In this document: in pieces, positions 48,250 to 58,042 of the stretch | Layout of the letters: every line of letters begins with the position of its first letter | Numbering within the stretch: the first letter of the stretch is position 1 | NCBI GenBank assembly: GCA_022605425.2 | Contig: CM061247.1 | Coordinates: forward strand, 372,001 to 436,000 | Length of the DNA stretch: 64,000 nucleotides | Direction of reading: 5' to 3' | Source: Hamiltosporidium tvaerminnensis FI-OER-3-3 | Taxonomy: Eukaryota > Fungi > Microsporidia | The notes under the pieces: generated by a model | What the model saw: the letters and a program-made list of their open reading frames with translations, nothing else | Told to the model about the DNA's origin: nothing | Database searches by the model: none | Translations under genes and position numbers: made by a program

Positions 48250-50160
48250 GTAAAAAAAAATAATTTATTTATTCCTTCATCTTACAAATATTTAAATCTG
48301 TCTTTACTTCACCTAATAATATTTACAAATAAAACCTTAAAATTTTATGATGTAGGAAAATATATGTAATAATATTACATACTCATTCCATAAAAATTCT
48401 TAGGTTTTTAAGTTATTTGTTTAAATTTTTATATCAAAACTTAATATTAAATTGTTAGTTGGATGCAATTATCCTTCCTATTTTAATGTTTAAAATAATA
48501 ACTATGATCTATTATTGTATGTCATGATATTAAATTTAACTGGTTTTACTTCTATTTCTGAATACTTGTTTTAAAAACTTCTTTTACAGTATGTCTACTA
48601 AGTCTATTCGTATAGATTTAATAATTTTTTCATGAAATAATATATATAGATTTAATTACTTCATAATTTTGTTTGAAATGGTTGTTTTAATACACATTTT
48701 TACATAAAACAGATCCAAAATGCAATGAATTCAATGTTCTTATTGGTGAAACCTCATTAAACTCCTCTCTACCTAAATAAAATATTTATAATTCTTAAAT
48801 AAATCAAAAGATTACTTCTTCGGTTAAATTAATATCTTCTTTTTTAATAGCTATAGCATTTAAAGTAATACAAGAGACTTCTTGCTTTATAAAATATTAA
48901 ATGTAATTTTCATAGCTTTATTCTGTATTATATCTTTACACCATTAATTTACTTTCATCTTTTTCTGTTTAATATCAAATTTGAATAAAGTTTTATATCA
49001 GTGAATAGATAATTTTATTATCGTTTCTTGCAGGTAAGAGTACACCTTTCTGGATAATATTTCACTGTTTTTAATTCAGATAATTCTATAGAAATATATA
49101 TTTAAATCCAATTTTAAGACCATAAAGACTCTTTTGGAGATATGAAGGAGTACATAGAGATAGTTTACACATTGTTTAAAATTTACTATATAATTCATAT
49201 ACCGTAAGTATTATGACATATAACCAATAGAAAAAAGTATATTAAAATATTACCTCTATTTGGTAGTCTTTTAAAAAAATTAATGGTGCCTGATACTTCT
49301 ATAAAAAGGTTTTTTTACCTTTTTAAAAGAAAGCTTGTTTTTTAAATATGAAAATATAATAAATCTGAGAATTCTTTAAATAACTTTAAGTATTCTGAAA
49401 GTATCGTAAAATACCTTCTTCTTTAATTTGGTCTAGTTTTAAACAAAAAGATTACTCAATGACTCATTTTTTATTTCTAATTTTCTAATTTACTGCTTGA
49501 TTAAAGTAATTGTATCTTCTGTATTACCTAAAAAAATGGTCTCTACCTACTATAAAATTCCTAAAACTTATAATTAAAACAGATTTTGTTTCTATAAGAA
49601 TATATTTCCCACCATACTTGTCCGTTTTAAATTATTTCTCTTGAGATTAGACGCAGATGAATTAAATACACCAAGATGAAATAGAAGAGATTACGGAATA
49701 TATTGCTTTGCAATTATTTGTCTATATTTTTACACTTTTGATTTGGGGTTTACTGATAATAAATTCTTGATTTAACGTTTTTTAATTAGATTACCAATTC
49801 AAATCAAAAAACTTAAGATGTAAGAATTTTATTGATAAGGATTATATATAAAATCATTTATTTTTCGTTTCAGTACTTTTAGTCTCATAGAAATACTCAA
49901 CTTGTTCGAATTATAAGCTAAGACCAACCCGATATATTCTTTAAATTACTCAACCTATTTTGCCTGCAGATTATTTACAAACTATTTGTCTTTTACTTCA
50001 AACTAAACAACCTTAATTAACATCGACCAGTTAAACCATACAGATTTAACATATATATGATTTATCAGTTGTCAAAATCAAATACAAATAACTATTTATA
50101 ATCTGATACGTAAGCTCGCAGTAAAACCAACCAAAAAATTGACTTTTCTTCAGTAAAAAT
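48250..50160 (-). mobile_element. Very old degenerate copy of the REL non-LTR family
   Basis: Remnant translations WFYCELTYQI (cf. WFYCGLTYLI), MLNLYGLTGRC (cf. MSNFYKLTTKC) and RHTVKEVFKNKYSEIEV..NNR (cf. SHSVQEILDNEYAEIRV..NNR), in collinear order and spacing. Confidence 0.65.
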
Positions 50161-50299
50161 GACTTTCAAAATAAATAAAAATATTTATAATAACTCATAA
50201 TTTTTTGTACTAATCAAGTATAAATATTAGTTTTTGTAAAAAAAACCTTTTCAAATAAAAAAATCAATTAACTTTTTATAAACCATTAATTTATAAAAA

Positions 50300-51560
50300 A
50301 AGTAAAAGTATTTCATATAAATAGTAATAGATATTGTATAGACATACAATTTTCTTTTCTGTTGTTCTACATTATACAGAAAAACACCAAATATTCTTAT
50401 AATAATCTAAATAAACAACTTGGAATCCAAAATTATCTCATAATAACATACAACCTGAAATATATTAAGTATATATGTCTTTACAAAACAGTATTTTACC
50501 ATCAAAAGGTTTTTCTTTATAAATTAAATATTAGGAATCTATTTTTGATCAAATCTGTAGGAAAACATTATCAATTACAAATAAACTCCATTATAATTTC
50601 ACAATTAATATTCAAAGAAAAAAATATATTTCATTTAATCTTATAACTTAAACTTTAGATATGATTTCATAAAGCATTTCCTAAAGAATATATTTCATTT
50701 AATCTTATAACTTAAACTTTAGTATGATTTCACAATGAATATTCAAAGAAAAAAATATATTTCATTTAATCTTATAACTTAAACTCCATTATAATTTCAT
50801 AATGAATTTCAATGAAAATATTTTTCTCTTTACAAATTCTTTAAAAATATCATATCTAAGAAATCCAAATCCAAATTTTTTCAACCTTAAATCAAATTCA
50901 AATTATTTTTAAACTTTGATTATAATCTATAACTACATAACTGTATGATACACACATAAGATATATTACATAAAACTTGTATATTCTTTCATTTTTTTTA
51001 TTTAGAATAGTATTTTTATACCTACATATTAACTTAGATTTAAAAATAAATACTTCTGATATGTTTACCTCACTCTCTACCTTCCTTCCTAAACATCCTT
51101 CTCTAACCCATCTCTCCAAAAACCCATTCTAATACTAACACCTCATTTATTACTATTAATACTAACACCTCATTATTACTACTAACACCTCATTATTACT
51201 ACTAACACCTCAACTATTACTACTAACACCTCATTAGTACTAACCCTAACCTCATTATTAATACTAACACCTCATTATTAATACTAACACCTCATTATTA
51301 ATACTAACACCTCATTTATTAAGACTAACACCTCATTTATTAAGACTAACACCTCATTTATTAATACTAACACCTCATTTATTAAGACTAACAACATACA
51401 TAATACTAATACTAATACTACTTCCATCTTTTTATTTACTATCCAATTTAATCTAAGAATAATCTTTAGTAAAACAATATGAATTAACTACCAACCCTTC
51501 ATTTTTCCTAATTCTTTAATAACCAGACCAAACACTATTATATAAATACCCTCAATCCAT
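50300..51560 (-). pseudogene. Possible decayed gene invaded by minisatellites
   Basis: ATG at 51560 followed by coding-like sequence with several in-frame stops, an 18-19-bp repeat tract, the 50898-51119 ORF and a ~60-bp repeat. No family recognised. Confidence 0.25.
51128..51420. repeat. 18-19-bp minisatellite (actaacacctcattatta)
   Basis: More than ten consecutive units, nearly G-free on the + strand. Confidence 0.9.
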
Positions 51561-51962
51561 ATTTTTAAATAAAGTTATTTTATTAAGTAAATAAATTATA
51601 AACTTATTTTAACTTCTCAATTATAAATCCACAAAAAAATGGGTAGAAAGAAAAATAAATATAAATAATAAATTGTATTCTTAGTATTTATATTAAAGTG
51701 AATTGTATTCTTAGTATTTATATTAAAGTGGATTGTATTTAATATCAATTAGAATTATTTATTAGATTTACTAATAGAATTAATAATAGAATTATTTATT
51801 AGAATTATTTATTAGAATCAGCAATAGATTTATTTATTAGAATCAGCAATAGAATTACCAATATATTTATTAGATTTACTAATAGATTTATTTATTAGAA
51901 TTCCCTATTAGAATTACAACCAAATACAATTAAAATTATAAAAAATACAATTAAAATCTACT

Positions 51963-52353
51963 TTAAAAACTAACTATCTTAAAATACAAATGCTTTGTAT
52001 CAAAAGTAATAGATACTTCACTTTTACCACTAAATTCTTCACAAAAGCAAACAATAATATCACATATAAATTCATAAACCTAATTAATAAAAAAAACTTA
52101 CTTTTAACATTTTACTATGAATTAATGACCAATTATTTTTATATTCTAAGTATAAAGGAAGTACATCTGTTATTATAATATAAGTACCTTTATCATTAGT
52201 TTTTAATGATATATTTTTAGTAGATAATATTTTTGGTAAAAAAGATGAACAAAATAATTTTATATCGTATTTTTTTTTATCTTTGAGTGGTTTTATTGTA
52301 TATTTTTGTAATGATTCTTCTATAAACGCAGTAAAGAAATATTTATCTATCAT
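51963..52353 (-). CDS. TRAPP complex subunit Trs33/TRAPPC6-like, 122 aa, two exons (52353-52102 and 52079-51963)
   Basis: YDIKLFCSSFLPKIL..SLKTNDKGTYII resembles the TRAPPC6 IKFICKDFW..NLxTNHxGxYVL motif. Splicing a 22-nt intron adds VYEFICDIIVCF..VSITFDTKHLYFKIVSF. CCC at 52361-52363. Confidence 0.65.
52080..52101 (-). other. Spliceosomal intron, 22 nt
   Basis: GTAAGTTTTTTTTATTAATTAG has a GTAAGT donor, TAAT branch and TAG acceptor. It is phase 0, contains the in-frame stop, and its removal opens 38 more codons. Confidence 0.7.
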
Positions 52354-52369
52354 ATGTGAAGGGTAAATA

Positions 52370-52605
52370 GATTATAGAAGTTATAGAGATATAGAGATTA
52401 TAGAGATATAGAGGTTATAGAGGGTATAGAGGTTATAGAGGTTATAGAGATATAGAGATTATAGAGATTATGGGGTTATAGAGATTATGGGGTTATAGAG
52501 ATTATAGAGATTATGGGGTTATAGAGATTATGGGGTTATAGAGATTATAGAGATTATGGGGTTATAGATATTAAAAAAGATTATAGAGATTAAAGACTTA
52601 TAGAA
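52370..52605. repeat. 8-9-bp minisatellite (tatagagat / tatggggt) directly upstream of the Trs33-like gene
   Basis: Directly visible tandem units, nearly C-free on the + strand. Confidence 0.9.
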
Positions 52606-52790
52606 GATATCTAATATGAAAATACATATAAATTAAAAGAGATAGGAAATAACTTTTTATTAAAATTTTCTAATATTAAATCTAATATTAAATCATGAAA
52701 AAAGAAAAAAAGAATAAAAAAAAGAAATTTCTTAATCTTATATAACTAATATAATCAATAATAGATATAACTAATATAATTAATAACTAA

Positions 52791-53517
52791 GGACTTTATT
52801 TAAAAGTATCACATCTTTAAAATAGTGGCAAGTGTTATATTTGTTTTTATAACATTAACGCAGTTCTAGGTTTAACATAAATGACTGCTACCCCAACACT
52901 CCTTCGGTAACCCCTGCGATACCTACGTCCCAAAGCCTTTCATCTACCAGGTGTGTAGAACCTAATTAATAGGGCGAGGCAGTTGCCCGGAGTTCATTAA
53001 TGTCCGTTGCATGGAGTGAGATCGAAAGGTAAAGCCCCCATGTGCTAGCCCAAAACTATGCAGCATTTCGGTTACTTTACACTTTCTAAACCCAATAGAC
53101 TTCTAGCAAATATATACTTCAGAGATTTATATTGGTCCACCTAGAAGGCGCAATGTCATACCAACAGGTATAACCTGCTACTTAGCTTTCCTGGCTTTAA
53201 ATGGGTTTTTGTTTTGTATCTCCCAGGCGCTAAGCTTCTAACCCGAGTGAGTAAGGCTAGGTTTCCATGCTTTTACATGGCAATTACCTACATGTTCAGC
53301 TGCGGTCTGCAATCTGGTTACATAAAAAACTACAAATAAATTTGTAGAAAAAGTTTCTCCATTTCTTAGACCTCTGCTCTTCATAACAACTCCCATGGAA
53401 CAACCGAAGATGTAGTGTGGTTGTATTCTCACCAAAAATCCAAACAATGATCTCACACCAGTGTCACACACTCATCGCCAAGCAGAAGGTTTTTTATGTG
53501 GTTATCCTCCCTCCACA
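52791..53517 (-). mobile_element. 727-nt non-coding, structured mobile element (SINE-like) with 13-bp TSD
   Basis: AATTAATAACTAA at 52778-52790 and 53518-53530. GC-richer than the flanks, many hairpins, no credible ORF, homologous ends at 6423 and ~62112. Strand is inferred from AATAAA near one end. Confidence 0.75.
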
Positions 53518-53537
53518 AATTAATAACTAATATAACT

Positions 53538-54385
53538 AATTTTTATTTAATGAAATTCTGGGTTAACAAATTTTCTCTCGTTAAACAAATTTCTTCCATC
53601 ACTTTAACCACTTTATTCTCTTTTTCTACATCGGACTTATCATTAATGTCTATCGTCATGTCCTTTGGTCTGGTTACGTCATCTAAAATAAGGGGTAAAG
53701 TATTTTTTGAATTCACTTGTTTAACACTATCTTCCTCGTTCTTCATTTCTTTTAAGGGGGGTGTTGGCTGTTTATGCATCTCAGCTCCTATAATAACACT
53801 TAATGACGCTCTCTCCCAGCTCTCTTCGGCACTTGGTCCTGACTCAATTCCTCTTCGTCGATCGAAGGAAATCATTTCGAGTGTTTTCTTAAGTACTATG
53901 GAGTGAATATATGTCTCTACATTTATGGGTATTTGTAATCTTTTAAGATAAGTTTTATGGTATTTTGTCACAATACCGTCCCATGTTATCACATAAGGAA
54001 TTATCTCTACATTACATTTGTAAATAAGGCCCAGCTCATTTGCTAATAGGTCATACTTCCTAAGTTTCTCTGTTTCAACTATTTGAAGTGAGTCTTGGGA
54101 GGTGATTCCTACTTCAATGAGGGTAATCTTATTTAGTATCTTGTCTAAAACGAATATATCTGGCCTATTATTTCGAATTTTGACATCAGTTTTTATTCTG
54201 GTGTCCACTCTTATCTCTGCATACTCATTATCAAGAATTTCTTGAACTGAGTGGCTCCTGATTCGTTTTGAGGACTTGAATTTATATTTATTTAACAAGA
54301 GAAAATGTATACATCGTACCACTTCATTGTGTCGTCTAGTATAGTCATGACCAAGCATTTTTTTCACATCTCGTTGCTAAATGGT
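53538..54385 (-). mobile_element. 5'-truncated REL non-LTR copy, embedded in an AT minisatellite
   Basis: High identity to 8183-9020. It begins at the HLATRC codons and ends at CAGAATTTCATTAAATAAAAATT. Confidence 0.9.
53543..54358 (-). CDS. Intact endonuclease-only ORF (REL, PD-(D/E)xK type), 271 aa
   Basis: ATG at 54358 (MLGHDYTRRHNEVV), RPDIFVLD, LIEVG and EKLRKY, with no internal stop. Confidence 0.6.
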   Translation of the reverse strand: MLGHDYTRRHNEVVRCIHFLLLNKYKFKSSKRIRSHSVQEILDNEYAEIRVDTRIKTDVKIRNNRPDIFVLDKILNKITLIEVGITSQDSLQIVETEKLRKYDLLANELGLIYKCNVEIIPYVITWDGIVTKYHKTYLKRLQIPINVETYIHSIVLKKTLEMISFDRRRGIESGPSAEESWERASLSVIIGAEMHKQPTPPLKEMKNEEDSVKQVNSKNTLPLILDDVTRPKDMTIDINDKSDVEKENKVVKVMEEICLTRENLLTQNFIK

Positions 54386-54582
54386 AATAATTTATATAAT
54401 TTATATAACTAATAATTTATATAACCAATTAAATAATAATTTATATAACCAATATAATTGATAATAGATATAACTAATATAATTAATAATTTATTTACTA
54501 ATATAATTAATAATAGATATAACTAATAACTAATATAATTAATAATTTATATACTAATAACTAATATCTAATATCTAATACT
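54386..54582. repeat. AT minisatellite (taataactaatata-like), continuous in type with 52735-52790 and 53518-53540
   Basis: Directly visible degenerate units. Confidence 0.8.
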
Positions 54583-54603
54583 GGAGATTACAATGAGTTT
54601 TAA

Positions 54604-57279
54604 TTAAATGTAAATCTTTTTAATATCATTTATATTGAAAGATTCACCACAGATTGGACATTTTCTAATTCTAAGTTGTATTCTTTTATCAAGGCATTGT
54701 TTACAGAAGACATGCATACATTTAACAATGACTGTATTTTTAGGGTTGGTGTCACAGGCACTACAGATGATGGTTTTTTTGTATTTTTCTATTTCATTAA
54801 ATATTTCTGAAGAAGAATCTTTAAAGTAAAAAAGAAGAAGATTTTTTGTGTTTTTTAAATCTTTTTCAAGGATATTTATGGTGGATTGTAATTTATTAGA
54901 GGTTTCGTTTTGTTGGATGAATTTGTTTTTAAGATCAGTAAATTTATTTTTTAAGGTGTCTATTTGGGAAAGTAAAATGGAATTTTCATTATAAATTTTT
55001 ATAAAATTTCTTTTGTGGAAAAAAGCTGCGCTTTTTCTTTCGAGGTAGTCGTTTTTTAAATCTTCTATTTGTATTTTTAAATTCTTTTCTGTTTTTTCGT
55101 TTTGCGTTCTTTGAAATTCAAAATTTATTATTTTTTTTTGATTTAAATTTCTTTCGTTTTCCAAATTTTCTGTTTGTAATAAAAGAATTTCATTTTTGTT
55201 TTTTAATGTACGGATTTCGTTGGTTAACATTTGTTTTACACGGATGTTTGAGTCGATTTCTTCTAAGAGTTTGTTGTTTTCTGTACAAAGATCATCAAAT
55301 CCTTGTGATAAACTTTGTATTTCACTTATCAGTTCGTTTTCCGATGCTTTTTCTAAAAAAGAAAAATCGGTTTTTCTAAATTTTAAAGAATCTGAAAAAT
55401 CTTTTAAAATTTGTTTTTCTTTTTCTAAAATTTCTATTTCGCTTTTTAGTGTGGAAATTTGAGAATTTAAATTTATTATTTCGTTTTTTAAAGAAAAAAT
55501 TTCTTTGAAATTTTGTATTTCTTTACAGTCACATGGAATATTTAAAGTTTTTTTTATTTCCCTATTTATAAGTCTTTCTTTAAATTCATCTCTTTGTATT
55601 AAACTTTCTCTTACTAAACGAGCATTTTCACTTTCTAAATTTGATAAACTATTTTCTAAAATATTTATTTTACTTTTTAAACTTCCATTTTCAGTATCAA
55701 ATAAATTAATTTCTTTTTTATTTAATAATTCTTGTAATTCTAATATTTCACAGGATAATCTTTTAATTTCTTCATTTTCTGATAAAAGTATTTTGTCAAA
55801 AAAACTGGAATCGATTTCTATTTGTTTTCCTTCTTTAATTTCAATTTCTGGTTTTTTAATATTTTTAGATTTTTGTATTTCAATTTGTAGTCTTTCATTT
55901 TTTTTCTTTAAATTATAAATTAAATCTTCTTTTTCCATAGCAGAGTTTCTTAAATCATTGATCAAAGAGTTTGGTAAAAGTGGATAATAATTTAAATTAC
56001 ATGCAACGGAACTTCTATATTTCTTATCATAAGAAATACGATCGTATTTATGGTTTGTGTTTTGTTCTTCAAAAGATTCATTAAAAATTTCTTCTTTATT
56101 TAAATCCTCAGATTTATCAGAAACGTCAATTTCTACGGTTTTTATTTTTTTTGGATTTTCTTCAAATTTTATATTTTCATGAATTTTATTTTTATTAATT
56201 AAATTTTCATTTTGTAATTCTAAAGAAGAATTTTGTTCTTCAAAATGTTTTTCTGTAAGGGTTTCTGAAATATTTAAATTTGATTTGCAACAATTCAGTC
56301 CGTTTTCTTCAGTGGTATTTCTTGTATTCAACTCCTCAAATACGTTTTTTGTTCCATTAGAAATAAATTTTTCGCCATCAACTTCATTGAAATTTTTTTC
56401 ATTCAACGAGAAACCGCTTTTCTTTTCAAAATTAGAATTTTCCTCTAAAATTAATTTTGATTCGTCAGTTTCTTCTTTTATCTTTACATCTTTACAGATC
56501 AAAGATTCTTCACCAAAATTGTTTTTACTTTGAAATTTATTGTTTTCTTCTATTATTTTTACATCTTTACAGATCAAAGATTCTTCACCAAAATTATTTT
56601 TACTTTGAAATTTATCGTTTTCTTCTTCAAAAATATTTCCACAACCTTCATTATTCCCATAACTTTTGTCTTTTGATTCTTCTCCATTCATTTCATTATT
56701 ATTTTCATTTTCTTTTTGTCGTTCTTCTAAATCAAAATTCAAAACATTTTCAGAATTTTGTTCTTTATTATTTCCCTCTTCAAACATTTCCAAAGAATTT
56801 TTTTCATTCTTCAATTCATCTTTAGATTCTTTATTATTGCCTTTTTCAAAAATTTCTGATGAACATTTTTTAAATTCTGATTCATCTTCAATTTCTTCAT
56901 TATTTATTTTCTCAAATTTATTTTTATTGGTTTCTTGTCTTTTAGAAATAGAATTTCTAAAAATATCCAAAATCTCTCCAACAAACTCCTTTTTATCTCC
57001 ACTTCTATCAAAATCCAACTTTTCAATAGAAAAAGAAGATTTCTTATTTGTAACCATAAATAATATAAAATCTTCATATAAATCCATTATCGTTTTAAGC
57101 TCATAATTATATTTTTCATAAATTTCCATTTTCCTTTTATATTCATTCATCTGTAAATATATTGCTTCTTTCTGATGTTCATGTATCTTTGATACCACAA
57201 ATGATGGACTTTGTAGATCTGTAAGAGATAATATCTTTTGTTTTAAAATGTTTTCATTTATTTTTCTTTTCACCGTCAT
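54604..57279 (-). CDS. BRE1: E3 ubiquitin ligase Bre1 (H2B monoubiquitination)
   Basis: Long coiled coil plus C-terminal C3HC4 RING CSACDTNPKNTVIVKCMHVFCKQC..RIRKCPICGESF..DI, the Bre1-type pattern. Confidence 0.85.
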   Translation of the reverse strand: MTVKRKINENILKQKILSLTDLQSPSFVVSKIHEHQKEAIYLQMNEYKRKMEIYEKYNYELKTIMDLYEDFILFMVTNKKSSFSIEKLDFDRSGDKKEFVGEILDIFRNSISKRQETNKNKFEKINNEEIEDESEFKKCSSEIFEKGNNKESKDELKNEKNSLEMFEEGNNKEQNSENVLNFDLEERQKENENNNEMNGEESKDKSYGNNEGCGNIFEEENDKFQSKNNFGEESLICKDVKIIEENNKFQSKNNFGEESLICKDVKIKEETDESKLILEENSNFEKKSGFSLNEKNFNEVDGEKFISNGTKNVFEELNTRNTTEENGLNCCKSNLNISETLTEKHFEEQNSSLELQNENLINKNKIHENIKFEENPKKIKTVEIDVSDKSEDLNKEEIFNESFEEQNTNHKYDRISYDKKYRSSVACNLNYYPLLPNSLINDLRNSAMEKEDLIYNLKKKNERLQIEIQKSKNIKKPEIEIKEGKQIEIDSSFFDKILLSENEEIKRLSCEILELQELLNKKEINLFDTENGSLKSKINILENSLSNLESENARLVRESLIQRDEFKERLINREIKKTLNIPCDCKEIQNFKEIFSLKNEIINLNSQISTLKSEIEILEKEKQILKDFSDSLKFRKTDFSFLEKASENELISEIQSLSQGFDDLCTENNKLLEEIDSNIRVKQMLTNEIRTLKNKNEILLLQTENLENERNLNQKKIINFEFQRTQNEKTEKNLKIQIEDLKNDYLERKSAAFFHKRNFIKIYNENSILLSQIDTLKNKFTDLKNKFIQQNETSNKLQSTINILEKDLKNTKNLLLFYFKDSSSEIFNEIEKYKKTIICSACDTNPKNTVIVKCMHVFCKQCLDKRIQLRIRKCPICGESFNINDIKKIYI

Positions 57280-57354
57280 TTTCTATTCTTCTTAAAATTT
57301 TATGCGGTTAATTTTTTTATAAATTTAAAAATAAAATTTACAATAATTTTGATA

Positions 57355-57625
57355 AAAAAAACGAAGAAAAATAATTTTAAAAACGAAGAAAAATAATTTT
57401 AAAAACGAAGAAAAATAATTTTAAAAACGAAGAAAAATAATTTTAAAAACGAAGAAAAATAATTTTAAAACGAAGATTAAAACGAAAATAATTTAAAACG
57501 AAAATAATTTTAAAACAAGAAAATAAAGAAAATAATTAAAAACGAGAAAATAATTTAAAACAGGAAAATAATTTTAAAAACGAGGAAAAATAATTTTAAA
57601 AACGAATAATTTAAAAACGAAGAAA
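57355..57625. repeat. ~22-bp minisatellite (aaaaacgaagaaaaataatttt)
   Basis: Five near-perfect units followed by degenerate ones. Confidence 0.9.
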
Positions 57626-58042
57626 AGTTTAGAAAAAATTTAAGAAGAAGTTTACGAAGAACAAATGTAAGAAAAGTAAGAAAAAAATTAAAAAGTTTGA
57701 AAAATCGATTTAAAAACAAAAAAAGGAGAATAAATTTATGAAAAATCAAAGAATTAAAAAATACGATTTAAAAGATAAGAAAGAAATAAATTGTAAGAAA
57801 ATAAATTAGAAAATCAAATAATCTCTCCAAATTTGAAAATAAATATTTTATTCCTAAATTATATTAAATCTCCTTTTAAGTTAAACTAAATCTACTCTTA
57901 TCTCAACTTTTTAAAATAAAAAAATAATATTAAATCTCCATTGAAGGTCAACAAATACTTTCCCATCTAAATCCACTCCCTAATTGCACCTACTCCCCCA
58001 CTCTTCTCATTTAAATTATACTTAATCCCCCACTCTTCACAT

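Noticed and set aside
51128-51420. Repeat arrays as possible CRISPR or telomere
   Set aside because: No unique spacers or cas genes, the context is eukaryotic, and the units are irregular and internal.
51425-51560. In-frame TGA/TAA/TAG suggesting stop-codon reassignment
   Set aside because: Intact conserved genes here have no internal stops and end in standard TAA, TGA or TAG. C-to-T decay or chance explains it.
51639-51670. ATGGGTAGAAAGAAAA (MGRKK), like a MADS-box or LINE ORF start
   Set aside because: A stop follows within ten codons and there is no further similarity.
53238-53471. 77-aa ORF inside the 727-nt element
   Set aside because: GTG start, no motifs, and not evidently preserved in the ~62112 copy.
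52791-53517. Solo LTR, Helitron or hammerhead-retrozyme interpretation of the 727-nt element
   Set aside because: The ends are TG..CC rather than TG..CA, the TSDs are 10-13 bp rather than 4-6 bp or absent, and no CTGATGA/GAAA hammerhead core was found.
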